DNA from: Chiloscyllium plagiosum
Taxonomy: Eukaryota
Direction of reading: 5' to 3'
DNA: 64,000 nucleotides
Assembly: GCF_004010195.1 (NCBI RefSeq)
Contig: NC_057753.1
Coordinates: 3,255,514-3,319,513 of the forward strand
Shown piece after piece: positions 47,636 to 60,132 of this stretch. The position numbers and the translations under genes are program-made. Each line of letters begins with the position of its first letter. The first letter of the stretch is position 1. The notes under the pieces are model-generated. The model saw only the letters and a program-made list of their open reading frames with translations. It ran no database searches and was not told where the DNA came from.

Positions 47636-48449
47636 GCTGACCTTCTATCTGTCCGGGTTTGACGATCAGGTAAAATATCATCCACAACCCCTCTAATGGT
47701 TTTTCTGCTGTGAACAGGGCAATACTATTCTAGCCCTGTAACCAGTTAACGTTCACAGCACTGAAACAATGTTGACTTCAGTGGTGAGCCTCCGTGCTAG
47801 TTGAATCAGGATGATGGTTGACAGCTTCTGAAGCAGTGAGGACAAGAATGATCATTCTCCTTCAGAAGATACAGAGGCCAATAAGTCTTGATGAAGACAG
47901 TGACTGTCAGATCTTGACAGGCTGGTTGGCTTGAGAGTTCTGTCTTCAAACCCTCTCCATCTAATATCCTGTAACATATTACAAGAGTAAATACTGTCAG
48001 TACAGCCCACAACCTCAGAGGGCAATTCAAGTTTTCGTGAAACGGCCTCCCATCTTTTGTTCGCAAACATGGAAAATTTACATCTCACACACTCTCCCTC
48101 TGCAAGGATGTGCAGGTTAGGGGAATTGGCCATGCTTAATTGCCCATAGTGGTCAGGGATGTATACGTTAGATGCATTAGTCCGGCGTAATTATTGAGTA
48201 ATAGGGGAATGACTCTGAGTGGGTTACTCTTTGGTGGAGGAGTTGTTGCGCTTAAGGGCCTATTTCCACACTTCTAATTCCAAAAATTCTAATTCTACCT
48301 CAAGTTCATGCTCTCTACTCTCACAAAGGGACTGATCCATGCTGTTTAATGGATGCTCACTCATCCTTTCTCTGTCTGGGACGCAGAGACCACACACACA
48401 CAGAAAACCAAGAGGAGGACAGTTCTGTGAATATCAAAGAAAGAAAGTT

Positions 48450-49130
48450 CCCCCTTACCTCGGTCCAAGGCCCCAAAGGATCCTTCCACATCCAACAAAA
48501 ATTTACCTGTACCTCCACCAATGTCATCTCCTGTGTCCATTGCACCCGATGCGGTCTCCTCCACATCAGGGAGACAGGACGCCAACTTGCGGATTATTTC
48601 AGAAAACATCTCTAGGACACCCGCACCAACCAACCCAACCGCCCCGTGGCCGAACACTTCACCTCCCCCTCCCACTCTGCCGAGGACATGTAGGTCCTGG
48701 GCCTCCTCCATCGGCAAACCCTAACCACCTGGAAGAAGGACGCCTCATCTTCCGCCTCGGAACCCTGCAACCACAGGGGGTCAACGTGGATTTCACCCGT
48801 TTCCCCTCCCCCCCACCTTATCCCACTCCGAAGCCTCCAGCTCTGCACCACCCTCTTCACCTGTCCCTCGCCTTTCCCACCCGTCTGCTTCACCCGCCTC
48901 TCCGACCTATCACCGTTACCCCCACCTCCATCTATCTATTGCATTCCCTGTTACCTGCCCACCCCCCCTCCCATTTATCTCTCTACCCTCTTGGGCCACA
49001 AGCCTCATTCCTGGTGAAGGGCTGATGCCCGAAACGTCGATGCTCCTGGGACGCTGCCTGACCTGCCGTGCTTTTCCAGCGCTGCACTCTTCCACCCCGA
49101 TCTCCAGCATCTGCAGTGCTCACTTTTCCC
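48450..49130 (+). mobile_element. Penelope-like element 3' fragment with GIY-YIG endonuclease remnant (in intron of gene E)
   Basis: Translates FTCTSTNVISCVHCTRCGLLHIRETGRQLADYFRKHL and LEEGRLIFRLGTLQPQGVNVDF. Hammerhead variant CTGGTGA at about 49011. Confidence 0.85.
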
Positions 49131-49429
49131 CAAGTTCCCCCAACATTCCCCTGCACCCCAGAGCCCAGGATTTTCCAAGGAGGTTGCTGGGCAGTGAAGA
49201 TTATCTCAAGAGGACGAGGAGATTGCTGATGTAGGGCTTTATGCCCCAAGTGTCCACTCTGCTGCCCCTGGGATGCTGCCTGACCTGCTGTGCTTTTCCA
49301 GCCCCACACTCTCGACCCTGATCTGCAATCCCCTCTTTTCTCCAAGTTTCCCCCCACGTGTCCCCCTGCACCCGGGGGGGGGGTCCAGGATTTTGCAAAG
49401 GGTGTGGGAGAAGGAATTGCTTTGGCTGA

Positions 49430-49950
49430 CCGATGCTCCGTGCAGTGTGCACCCTGCGCTGCGCGAAAGCGACCCTGCCCGGCCCTCACCTGCAACACAA
49501 AAGCAGCAGCGGCTGGAGAAGTGGGGGGGGAAGCAGAGCTGTACGGAGCAGGCGCAGTTGCGGCAGACGGGGAAGGGAGGAGCTGCCTCTCGCGCCGGTC
49601 CGGCAGCCGGTCGCCCTGGAAACCTTTGTCTCCGCGATGAAGTAGCGAGGGGGGGAAACAATGGGAAGGGGTGGAGCCACCGTGTCCCGAGCGCGCAGCC
49701 TGGAACCCCGAGGAGCACCACCCAACCCGGCTGTTCCTATTGGCTGCTCCACACAGACTTCACAAACCTTGCAGACTCCACCCCCCCCCCTCGTGTTCAA
49801 CGTCACAATGAGGAAGTTGCCCCATTCGAGCGATTACTTCCTCCTCTGTGCAACCAAGAGTCCTCTTTGCATTTCTCTCCTCACTTGCAGTACATGAAGG
49901 CACAGGAAGTGATTCCAGGGAAGGAGCGTGCTCTGCAAAGGTTGGTTCAG
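49430..49950. promoter_or_regulatory. Bidirectional CpG-island promoter between genes E (-) and F (+)
   Basis: CpG-rich, with outward-facing splice donors at 49489 (-) and 49951 (+). Contains ATTGG at about 49739, CGTCA at 49801, GCAGGCGCAG and ETS-like GGAAGT motifs. Confidence 0.75.
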
Positions 49951-50839
49951 GTATGCCTATCTCTCTTTAAGGCATTAACACTTTTCCTGTCAGCTTGATA
50001 CATCGGTTTCTCCGGCTAAGGCGATGACCGCTTGCCAGATGTTCACAGTTGGGGGATTTCTGCAAAGGATGGCTCAGGGTTTAAGGGACAGTAAATTGGA
50101 GCGTCCAATTCGTCCCAGCCTCCCTCTGTGTCCCCGCAGCCTTGCATGTTGACATCCTTCAAATGCCATCTAATTTCGTTTTGAAATGATTTCGATTCTC
50201 CTTCACTTCGAGCACAAGAGTTTTGTAAATTTGTTTGACAGGATACTTGAAAGGCAGGATTTGCAGGATCAAACCTCAAGGCCGGACAGTCACTCGACCT
50301 GTGTGATGCGATATCATCAAATAGGTCGAATGTGGACCTGTCGATCAACATGAATCAGTACCTTTTATAAGAACGGGGACAGTGTATATTAGGCCAGCAG
50401 TGTAATAATAGAGGGAGAGTGTGCAGGATATAAATTTACATATTTTGGAGAATGAGCGTGGAAAAAATATTGTTCAATTGAAATCTGAATTTCAACCTGA
50501 ACTGGTAGTAACGTCTTTGTGATCTTTTACAGGACGATTTAAAGACTGAGTACTCAAACCACACGTCATGCAAATGTGTGACATATCTGGGATCCGAATA
50601 TAGTTGGCCTTGGAATCTTAAAGGAGAAATGCTTGTCTGTTCTTCCTGTTTCAAAATGTTTTAAACGTCACTGTGCCTGGGACAGCGAGAGTGCTCCAGT
50701 GAGGTAACTGTGGGAAGGAGCTTTAACTATTTATGCAGTTGCACTGACTGAAAGCACATTTTGTTGAAGCAATGTTTCTATGTAAGGATGGGGCTTTAGC
50801 TCATTATTGACCCTGGACATACACAAGGACATCTGCACC

Positions 50840-51598
50840 ATGGAGAAACCATGGAAATGTGAGGACTGTGGGATCGGCTTCAAAGTTCCATCTGAACTGG
50901 AGATTCATCGACGCAGTCACACTGGGGAACGGCCATTCACCTGCTGCCAGTGTGAGAAGAGATTTGTTAATTCATCCACCCTGCTGAGACACCAGAGGGT
51001 TCACACTGGGGAGAGGCCATTCACCTGCTCTGTGTGTGAGAAGAGCTTTAGTCAGTTTTCCAGCCTTTTGAAACACCAGCGAGTTCACTCTGGGGAGTGG
51101 CCTTTCACCTGCTCTGTGTGTGGAAGAGGATTCAGTGCCTCATCCAGCCTGTTGACACACCAGCGGGTTCACACCGGCGAGAGGCCATTCAACTGCTCTG
51201 AATGTGGGAAGGACTTCAGTGATTCGTACAGCCTGCGGAGACACCAGCGAATTCACACCGGGGAGAGGCCGTTCACCTGCTCTGTGTGCGGTAAGGGATT
51301 CGTTCAGTCATCCGAGCTGCAGAGGCACCACGTCTCTCACACCAGCGAAAGGCCTTTTCGGTGCTCGGACTGCGGTCGCAGCTACAAAACCTCTCGGAAC
51401 CTGATGCTGCACCAGCGAATTCACACTGAGGAGAGACCGTTCAGCTGCTCTCACTGTGCAAAGAGATTTATAACCTCGTCCAACCTCCGCAGACACCAGC
51501 GTGTTCACACAGGGGAGAGGCCGTTCGTCTGCTCTGTGTGTGGGAAGGGATTTAGTCAGTCATCTGGGCTGCGGAAGCACCAGCGAGTCCACAAATGA
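50840..51598 (+). CDS. C2H2 zinc-finger protein (gene F), 9 fingers, about 252 aa
   Basis: gcaccATGG start, [10 protein letters not shown], 9 fingers, ends HQRVHK-stop. Putative intron 49951-50532 (cag|gtatgc ... ttttacag|gacg). Confidence 0.96.
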   Translation: MEKPWKCEDCGIGFKVPSELEIHRRSHTGERPFTCCQCEKRFVNSSTLLRHQRVHTGERPFTCSVCEKSFSQFSSLLKHQRVHSGEWPFTCSVCGRGFSASSSLLTHQRVHTGERPFNCSECGKDFSDSYSLRRHQRIHTGERPFTCSVCGKGFVQSSELQRHHVSHTSERPFRCSDCGRSYKTSRNLMLHQRIHTEERPFSCSHCAKRFITSSNLRRHQRVHTGERPFVCSVCGKGFSQSSGLRKHQRVHK

Positions 51599-51924
51599 TG
51601 ACAGTGCTCGGCTTCTGCTGTTATTGCGTCTGTTGATCACAACCGGGACTGAACCATGCTCAACCTGAAAGGGCGGTCAGCACTGTTATCTCAGAGTCAG
51701 GAGATGGTGGATAGGAGAGCCACTCCAGAGACCCACATCATCCACCATTCCATGTTCAACGTTCCCGGTGGTGGTGGATCATTTCACGTGAGACTTTGCT
51801 CAGCTGATACTGAGTTGGAGGCAGGGGCCATCTTGTAAGGGCGGGGTTGGATTGGTTAGGCCTGTATCCATTGGAGCTTAGAAGAATGACAGGTGACCTT
51901 TTGCAACATGTGAGATCCTGAGGG

Positions 51925-52247
51925 GTTAGAGTTAGAATCTCTTCAATCCCTTCGGCCCCACAAGTCCAAACTGACCCTCCGAAGAGCATCCCACCCAAAC
52001 CTATTCCCCATTACTCTACATTTACAAATGCACCTAACCTACACATCCCTGAACACTATGGGCAATTTAGCAGTCAGTTCACCTCACCTGCATGTCTTTG
52101 GAGTGTGGAAAGAGACCGGAGTACCCGGAGGAAACCCACGCAGACACAGAGAGAAGTACAAACTCCACGCAGACAGACGCCCCGAGGCAGGAATTGAACC
52201 CAGGTCCTTGGCGCTGTGAGGCAGCAGTGCTAACCACTGTGCCACCA
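51925..52247 (-). mobile_element. HE1-type SINE inserted in an old CR1 fragment (51835-52560)
   Basis: Reverse-complement SINE. The flanks are collinear CR1 3' sequence. Confidence 0.8.
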
Positions 52248-52574
52248 GTTCTGACAGGGTCGATGCTGAAAGAGTGTTCCTGACTGTGGGAGAGGCTAGA
52301 GCTGGGGACACAGTTTAAAAATTCAGGCTCGCCCATTTGAGATGGAGAAGAGATCTTTCTACTCCCAAAGGGCTGAGAGTCTTTGGAACACTCTTACCCA
52401 GAGAGCTAGGAAGGTAGGATCAGGGAATGTTTATAAACTTCAGGTAGATAGATTTGTGACTACTAAGTCAGTGAAGGATTATCAGGAGGTAGTGGGGAAC
52501 GTGGAGTTGTGGCCATGATCTGATTGAGTGGCATGCATAAGATCTGGTTGGACTGCTGATCGATCGATTGTTTG

Positions 52575-53365
52575 ATTGATCTATTGTTGTCACGTGCTGC
52601 GATACAGTAAAAAAAAAGTGTTTTCTGTGATATACAGGCTGATCATATCATACGAGTGCATCAGGATAGTAGAAGAGTGCGCAGAACATTAGTGTTAGAG
52701 CAGCAGAAAAGGTGCAGAGAGAGAGAGAGATTACGGTTGACATTTGAGAGATTGATTCGAAAGTCTGATAACAGCAGGGAAGAAGCTGTTCCTGAAATCT
52801 CTTTCTATGTGTATTTAAACTTTCATATCTTCTGCCTGACAGAAGTTGGTGGTAGAGAGTATAACTGGGGTGGGAGGGGGCCTTTGGTCACTTTCCCAAG
52901 ACAGTGGGAAGCATAGGTGGAGTTAATAGATGGAAGACTGGTTTGCGTGATGAAGTGGGCAGCATTTGTGATTCTAGAGTTTCCTGCAGTCTTGGGGAAA
53001 AAGCAGTTGCCAGAACCATGCTGTGATACAGCCAGATCAAATGCTTTCTATGGTGCACCTACAAAAATTAGTAAGAGTCCTTGTGGACATACCGAGTTCC
53101 CTTAGCCTCCCGAGGAAGTACAAATGTCGTTGTGCTTCCTTGAAATGTGGGTAGATCAGGACAGATTGTTGGTGGTTATCACTCCCAGGAACTTCACGGT
53201 CTCGGCCATCTCCACCTCAGCACCAGATAGGGACCTCCGTACACTCCACTTCTTGAAGTCAGTTAGCAGCTCCTTCATTTGACGAGATTGTTGTCTTGCC
53301 GCTAGGCCTTCAACCTCTTTCCTGTATTCTGTTTCATCATTTGACATCCGACCTACGGTGGCACT
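52575..53365 (-). mobile_element. Rex1/Babar-type LINE 3' fragment
   Basis: SNDETEYRKEVEGL...MKELLTDFKK...VEMAETVKFLGVITTNNLS. Confidence 0.75.
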
Positions 53366-53489
53366 ACCCCTAGTGTTGTTTGTAAGTTTTAAAATGGAGT
53401 AGATGTAATTGTGAAGTAATTCTTTTCTCAGAGAGTAGTTGGGGCGTGGAACGCACTACCTGCAACAGTAGTAGACTTGCCAACTTTTA

Positions 53490-53716
53490 GTTTAGATCAG
53501 AGCGGTGCTGGAAAAGGACAGCAGGTCAGGCAGCATCCGAGGAGCAGGAAAATAGAGGTTTCGGTCAAAGGTCCTTCATCCCTCTATTCCTGATGATGGG
53601 CTTTTGCCCGAAACGTTGATTTTCCTGCTCCTCGGATGTTGCCTGACCTGCTGTGCTTTTCCAGCACCACTCTGATCTAAACTCTAGTTTCCAGCATCTG
53701 CAGTCCTCACTTTTGT
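53490..53716. mobile_element. Penelope-like inverted terminal pair inserted in a CR1 3' fragment
   Basis: Two ~90-bp arms in inverted orientation. The flanks resume the CR1 sequence (53420-53870). Confidence 0.8.
53586..53621 (+). ncRNA. Minimal hammerhead ribozyme motif, Penelope family 1
   Basis: attc-CTGATGA-t-gggc-tttt-gccc-GAAA-cg-TT-gatt. Core intact, stem I weak. Confidence 0.55.
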
Positions 53717-54127
53717 CTCGCCAGTTTTAAGGGCATTTAGATGGTCATTGGATAGGTATATGGACGAGAATGGAATAGTGTCGGTCAGATGGGCTTCAGA
53801 TTGGTTCCACAGGTCGGCACAATATTGAGGGTCAAAGGGCCTGTACTGCGCTGGAACATTCTGTGTTCAAGATATAATTTAGATTAGTTCAGCCCACCTA
53901 ATTGAAAGTTTCAAATTCACCCCTTCAAATGGCACTATTCCAGGTCGGACAGAGATATCCCATCAGGCAAGGCAGATACTCAAGAGTTAATTAATAAGAT
54001 GAGATTTTATTCGATATAATTTAGTAAAGTACTTTCTGCCCCTTCTTTATTCGTCCGTTACTGAGATCAAACTTGTGTGGCTCAGTTTTTATAACTAGAA
54101 GTGAATGAGCTGAAAGAGTTGTGCTTT

Positions 54128-54440
54128 CAGATTCCCTACAGTGTGGAAACAGGCCCTTCGGTCCAACCAGTCCACACCGACCCTCCGAAGAGTAACCCAC
54201 CCAGACCCATTTCCCTCTGACTAATGCACCTAACACTATGGGCAAGGTAGCATGGCCAGTTCACCCTGACCTGCACATCTTTGGACTGTGGGAGGAAACC
54301 GGAGCACCCGGAGGAAACCCACGCCGACACGGGGGAGAACATGCAAACTCCACACAGTCAGTCGCCTGAGGCAGGCATCAGACCCGGGTCCCTGGTGCTG
54401 TGAGGCAGTGGTGCTAACCACTGTGCCATCAAGCCACCCT
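54128..54440 (-). mobile_element. HE1-type SINE
   Basis: Full reverse-complement copy. Confidence 0.88.
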
Positions 54441-54832
54441 TAAATTCTTTAAAGATTCAATATAAGAAATTAATTGGGGTGAAAAAGTCATGGAATATAA
54501 AGAACCAGATTGAAATTGGGAAACTGTATTTCAAACAAAGTATAGCTTTTATTATTTGAGAATAAAAGTGTGAACATAGGAGAAAAAAAATAATTGAAAT
54601 AAAAGGGAATTGTGTGCAATAAAAGGAAAGCACCTTTTCTAGTTTTCACGGCACTGAACAAATCAATAATATCACTGACATTGACATTTTTGCCAATTCA
54701 TTCTGAAGGTTTCAAATTGTTAAACAGCTAATCAACTGCCAGCAAGCTGAATTGCATCTGTGCAGAAATCTGTCAATCTTTTTTTATACTGACTCTTCCT
54801 CAGAATAGGGAAAATCTGAGGAAAAATGTTTG

Positions 54833-56535
54833 TGTCATAGAGAAACAGACCCTTCGGTCTAACTCATCTATGCCAACCAGATAGCCTAACCCAATCTAGT
54901 CCCATTTGCCAGCATCCGGCTCATATCCCTCTAAATCCTTTCTATTCATATACCCATCCAAATGCCTCTTAAATGTTGTAATTGTACCAGCCTCCACCAC
55001 TTCCTCTGGCAGCTCGTTCCATACACACACCACCCTCTGCATGAAAAGTTGCCCCTTGGGACTCTTTTATATCTTTACCCTCTCACCCTAAACCTATGCC
55101 CTCTAGTTCTGGACTCCCCGACCCCAGGGAAAATACTTTCTCTATTTATCCTATCCATGCCCCTTCATGATTTTATAAACCTCAATAAGATGCTCCAGGG
55201 AAAACAGCCCCAGCCTGTTCAGCCTCTCCCTATAGCTCAAATCCTCCAACCCTGGCAACATCCTTGTAAATCTTTTCTAAACCCTTTCAAGTTTCACAAC
55301 ATCTTTCCAATAGGAAGGAGACCAGAATTGCACGCAATATTCCAACAGTGGCCTAACCAATGTCCTGTACGGCCACAACATGACCTCCCAACTCCTGTAC
55401 TCAATACTCTGACTGATAAAGGAAAGCATACCAAACGCCTTCTTCACTATCCTATNNNNNNNNNNNNNNNNNNNNNNNNNNNNNNNNNNNNNNNNNNNNN
55501 NNNNNNNNNNNNNNNNNNNNNNNNCATCCAAATCATTTATGTAAATGACAAAATGTAGAGGGCCCAGCACCGATCCTTGTGGCACTCCACTGGTCACAGG
55601 CCTCCAGTCTGAAAAACAACCCCCACCATCACCCTCTGTCTTCTACCTTTGAGCCAGTTCTGTATCTAAATGGCTAGTTCTCCTTGTATTCAATGAAATC
55701 GAAATTTGCTAATCAGTCTCCCATGGGAAACCTTGTCGAACGACTTACTGAAGTCCATATAGATCACATCTACTGCTCTGCCTTCATCAATCCTCTTTGT
55801 TACTTCTTCAAAAAACTCAATCAAGTTTCTGAGACATGATTTCCCACCCACAAAGCCATATTGACTATCCCGAATCAGTCCTTGCCTTTCCAAATACATG
55901 TACATCCTGTCCCTCAGGATTCCCTCCAACAACTTTCCCACCACCGACATCAGGCTCACTGGTCTATAATTCCCTGGCTTGTCTTTACCGCCCTTCTTAA
56001 ACAGTGGGCAACATGTTTGCCAACCTCCAGTCTTCTGGCATCTCACCTGCAAGCTTACTAACTGCACCTCCTATGTTCACATCCCCCAATCATTTATTTC
56101 AGTGATGAAAAGCAGAGGACCCAGCACCGATCCTTGTGGCACTCCACTGGTCACAGGCCTCCAGTCTGAAAAACAACCCACCACCACCACCCTCTGTCTT
56201 CTACCTTTGAGCCGATTCTGTATCCAAATGAAGTCCATATACATCACGTCCACTGCTCTGCCCTCATCAATCCTCTTTGTTATTTCTTCAAAAAACTCAA
56301 ATCAAGTTTGTGAGACGTGATTCCCACACACAAAGCCATGTTGACTATCCCTAATCAGTCCTTGCTTTTACAAATACATGTACATCCTGTCCCTCAGGAT
56401 TCCCTCTAACAACTTGCCCACCACTGACATCAGGCTCACTGGTCTGTAGTTCCCTGGCTTTTCCTTACCACCTTTCTTAGATAGTGGCACCATGTTAGCC
56501 AACCTCCAGTCTTCTGGCACCTCACGTGTGACTAT
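54833..56535 (-). mobile_element. CR1 ORF2 fragments with a repeated RT segment
   Basis: GNYRPVSLMSVVGKLLEGILRD occurs twice (55690-56067 and 56368-56530), and [11 protein letters not shown] occurs twice. Confidence 0.9.
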
Positions 56536-57611
56536 CGAGGGTCCTCCAAAACCTTTCCTGCGTTTTGTTTCTGTCTCAAAGTTTGTTTTCGGTGAAGTAA
56601 ATAAAAGGAGCAAAAGAGTTAGAATTGATCTAGTAAACATCAAATTAATTGAATTGACCATTAACAGGACACAGTAGAGTCATAGAGATCTACAGCACGG
56701 AAACAGACCCTTCGGTCCATGCCGACCAGATATCCCAACCCAATCTAGTCCCATCTGCCAGCACCAGGCCCATATCTCTCCAAACCCTTCCTATTCAAAT
56801 GCCTCTTAAATGTTGCAATTTTACCAGCCTCCACCACTTCCTCTGGCAGCTTATTCCATACCCGTACCACCCTCTGCGTGAAAAAGTTGCCCCTGAGGTC
56901 TCTTTTATATCTTTCTCCTCTCACCCTAAGCCATCTAGTTCTGGACTCTCCCGACCCCGGAGAAAAGAGTTTGTCTATTTATCCTATCCATGCCTCTCAA
57001 AATTTTGTAAACCTTTATAAGGTCACCCCTCAACCTCCGACGCTCCAGGGAAAACAGCCCCAGCCTATTCAGCCTCTCCCTGTAGCTCAAATCCTCCAAC
57101 CCTGGCAACGTCCTTGTAAATCTTTTCTAAACCCTTTCAAGTTTCACAACATTTTACTGTGGAGAAGACCAGAGGTTACACTCTGATGATAAGGAGGATG
57201 TTCTGGTGTAGTTGTAATGCCAATCCGGAACCCCAGATCAAAGTTCTCAGGGTTGAACCCTACCAAGGAGATGGCAAAATGTCAATTTAATGAAATCTGG
57301 CATTTGAATTCAATAAGGTCAACACTGTCAATTGTCATTTTAAAAAAAAAAACCTGGTGCACCTGACTGCAGGGCTGAGTTGAATATTTAAAACTGGGAG
57401 AACATGAAGAGAGCAATCCTGAATAATTGAAAATATGGAATAATTCAAATATGATTGTCAAAACCCATTTTTGTGACTGCATTTCTACTGTCAGAAAATA
57501 TCTTCTTCCCATTTCCTGTTGAATTCTGTCAATAACAGTAAGCAGCTGATTGTTACCAGATCAGTGTGTCTTCGTCATTATTTCTCAATTCATTAATTTC
57601 GATTTTGACAT

Positions 57612-57890
57612 AAATCCAAAAGAACTGAGGTTGCTGGAAATCTGAAACAAAAACAGGAACTCCTGTCAAGTATCAGCAAGTCTAGCAGCATCCATGGAGA
57701 GAAATCAGTGTTAACGTTTCCGGTTCAGTGACCGTTTCCCTTCAGAGCAGTTCTGCTGACTTTCGAAGTTATAATTCACACAACACCAGGTTACAGTCCA
57801 ACAGCTTTAATTGGTAGCACGAGCTTTCAGAGCCCCGCTCCTTCATCAGGCTGTTGCCAGTCCATGGCTGATTTTCGAGTAATTTCTGCT
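57612..57890 (-). mobile_element. Nested Penelope-like termini, families 3 and 2
   Basis: gctggaaatctgaaacaaaaacag...gttaacgtttccgg followed by tcacacaacaccaggttacagtccaacag...ccttcatcagg. Confidence 0.6.
57818..57852 (-). ncRNA. Minimal hammerhead ribozyme motif, Penelope family 2
   Basis: Reverse complement reads agc-CTGATGA-a-ggagc-ggg-gctct-GAAA-gc-TC-gtg. Confidence 0.5.
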
Positions 57891-58864
57891 TTTGGTATCA
57901 ATTTTGAGTTTGGTTTGTCAACAGCTTTTACGTGACACTGAGCTTTTCACATCATCCACACCTTATCCTCAATGTATTCTCCTGCTTACTTTCCATACCT
58001 GTCTCCACAAACACCCTTTTGTCTTTGTTCAGAATGAATTCTCCCTCATTGAGATATGGCTTACTTTTTCAATGTTCCCTCTTTCTGTTGATAAGGGTGT
58101 CGCTGCCGAAGGGAATGTGTTTGACTTGTCCTTTCGACAACTTCCATCATATGCATTATTCAGCCCATCAAGTGAATATTGTTAGTCCAGATACCACTCC
58201 TCCCCGTTAACCGTGTGAAAACAATTCGGGAAAGCCCACTTGATACTCGCTGTGCTGAGGATCTAGCCTAATTGCTGGAACTTGAACTGTACATTTCTTC
58301 ACGTAATATCCAGGAAGAGCAAGAATGGAATAAGCCTATCAGCCCCACGATTCAAGCCCCGAACGTGAGAATAGAGAGTGGCCTGACTTTAAAATAACTA
58401 AAAAGGGTTGATACGAGCTCTGGCTCAAGGTCAGTCAGGAATAAGGCCAGATATTAAGCGTTCAAGGTATCATTGGCAGTATTACCATCACTCTTGTGGT
58501 AACAACTCTCACATCAAATGAGGATCAGGACACAGACTTTCCCTGTGCTGTCAGCCACTGAGAGACAGCGGACCCTCAGCAGGGGATGAGATAAGAATAT
58601 CCTCAGTGTTTTCACTGCCTTTTGTTCCAGAAATTTAGCAGTGTTGCTTCAGAAATTCCACCTCCATGATCTAACCCAGTTCCCTTGATCACTTAGTTGT
58701 AACTCACAGATCAGCTCAGCCAAGATCCAGGGAAATTGTGGTTGTCGAATGCTAAATTACGCATACTAGCAGCCTGGAATTTTAACCAGCTTATAATTCT
58801 TACATTGGTCGCTTGTCGGCTGTTTGTGCAAGCTGACTTTGCACAATCCCGGTAGCGATGGGAA

Positions 58865-59945
58865 ATGAACAACTTATAATTGTAGAGCACATCCAGCACC
58901 ATAAACATTCCAAAGTGCTTCACAGGAATTTTGATTGTAAAGTAATTTTGATTGGCCAAAATCTTGATTGAGGTAGGTTTTACAAGCAGCTTTAAGTCAA
59001 GGAGTGACACAGAGATTTCAGGGAGAATTTTAGAGTTTGACAGCAGTGTTGAAGTAATTAAAATCAGAGACATGAATGAGGGGGGCTCGGATACCTGAGA
59101 GGATGTGAGATCAGAAATTGTAGTGTTGGGGCGATACAAATATCTGAAAGCCGGTATGCAAATTTTAAAATCAAAGCATTGCCTGATCAGGAGCCAATAT
59201 AGGTCATCGAGTAAAGGCCATGATGATAAGCAAAATTTGGGCAAGAAAGCACATGGGCTGCAGTTTTGGATGGACTGCTGTTCCTGTCTTGAGGTGAATG
59301 TGAGGGTCCTATCAGGATTGGATTGTCAAGTCTAAAAGTAAGATGGGCAAAAGTGAGGGCTTCAGCAGCAGATAAGCTGGGGTGAGGTGGAGATGGAAGG
59401 CATCACGGAGGGGAATGGCGATGGTGTTATAACTTGGAGATGGTGAAGCAGTTTGTTTAGCATCAGACAGTACCTAAGGAGAGGGGCAGACGGGGGGAGG
59501 GAATGGAACTTGTATTACTGACCGAAGACAGTGGCTTTGGTCTTCCCGATGCTTACTTGGAAGAAATTTCTGATGCAACCCCTACAAGACTTGGCACAAG
59601 CAGTCCAATATTTTAAAAACAGTGGAAAAATGGAGCGGGATGGTGGTGAGGAACGGCTGGTTTTTATCAGTGTACATGAAAATTAATCCAGTGCTTTAGG
59701 AATAATGTCAGTTGAAGGCAGTGTGCACGGGGGGGGGGGGGGGGGGCAAAGATAGATCCTCGAGGGACACCAAGTTCAAGGCCTTTGCAGAGGAAAGGTA
59801 GGTTGGTGATGGGCTGGTATTTTGCAAAGCTGAAGAGTTTTTTTTTAAGATGGCTGAGGATAGTGGATTGAAAAAAGTGAGGGGGGGGCAGTACTAGAAG
59901 AGAGGATAACTCAAAAATATTAGATAACATGAAGTCAGGTGGTCA
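58865..59945 (-). mobile_element. L2-type LINE fragment, old
   Basis: PLLDDLYWLLIRQCFDFKICIPAFRYL matches the L2 C-terminal motif. YQPITNLPFL..GVPRGSIF also present. A related plus-strand piece is at about 63590-63770. Confidence 0.65.
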
Positions 59946-59966
59946 ACTGTTCATTATAATAGATCG

Positions 59967-60117
59967 GGCATAAGCCCTTCTTCAGATTCCTGAAAAAGGG
60001 CTTATGCCCGAAACGTCGATTCTCCTGCTCCTTGGATGCTGCCTGACCTGCCATGCTTTTCCAGCAACACATTTTTCAGCTCCGATCTCCAGCATCTGCA
60101 GTCCTCACTTTCTCCCA
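59967..60117 (+). mobile_element. Penelope-like terminus with short inverted 5' arm and 18-bp target-site duplication
   Basis: Flanked by gttcattataatagatcg (59949-59966) and gttaattataatagatcg (60118-60135). Confidence 0.8.
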
Positions 60118-60132
60118 GTTAATTATAATAGA

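Noticed and set aside
47806..47968. Conserved N-terminal effector peptide encoded by the post-acceptor leader (ILDGEGLKTELSSQ...)
   Set aside because: The frame is open in E, C and the 33972 copy, but has early stops in B and G and does not reach the finger ORF in A or E.
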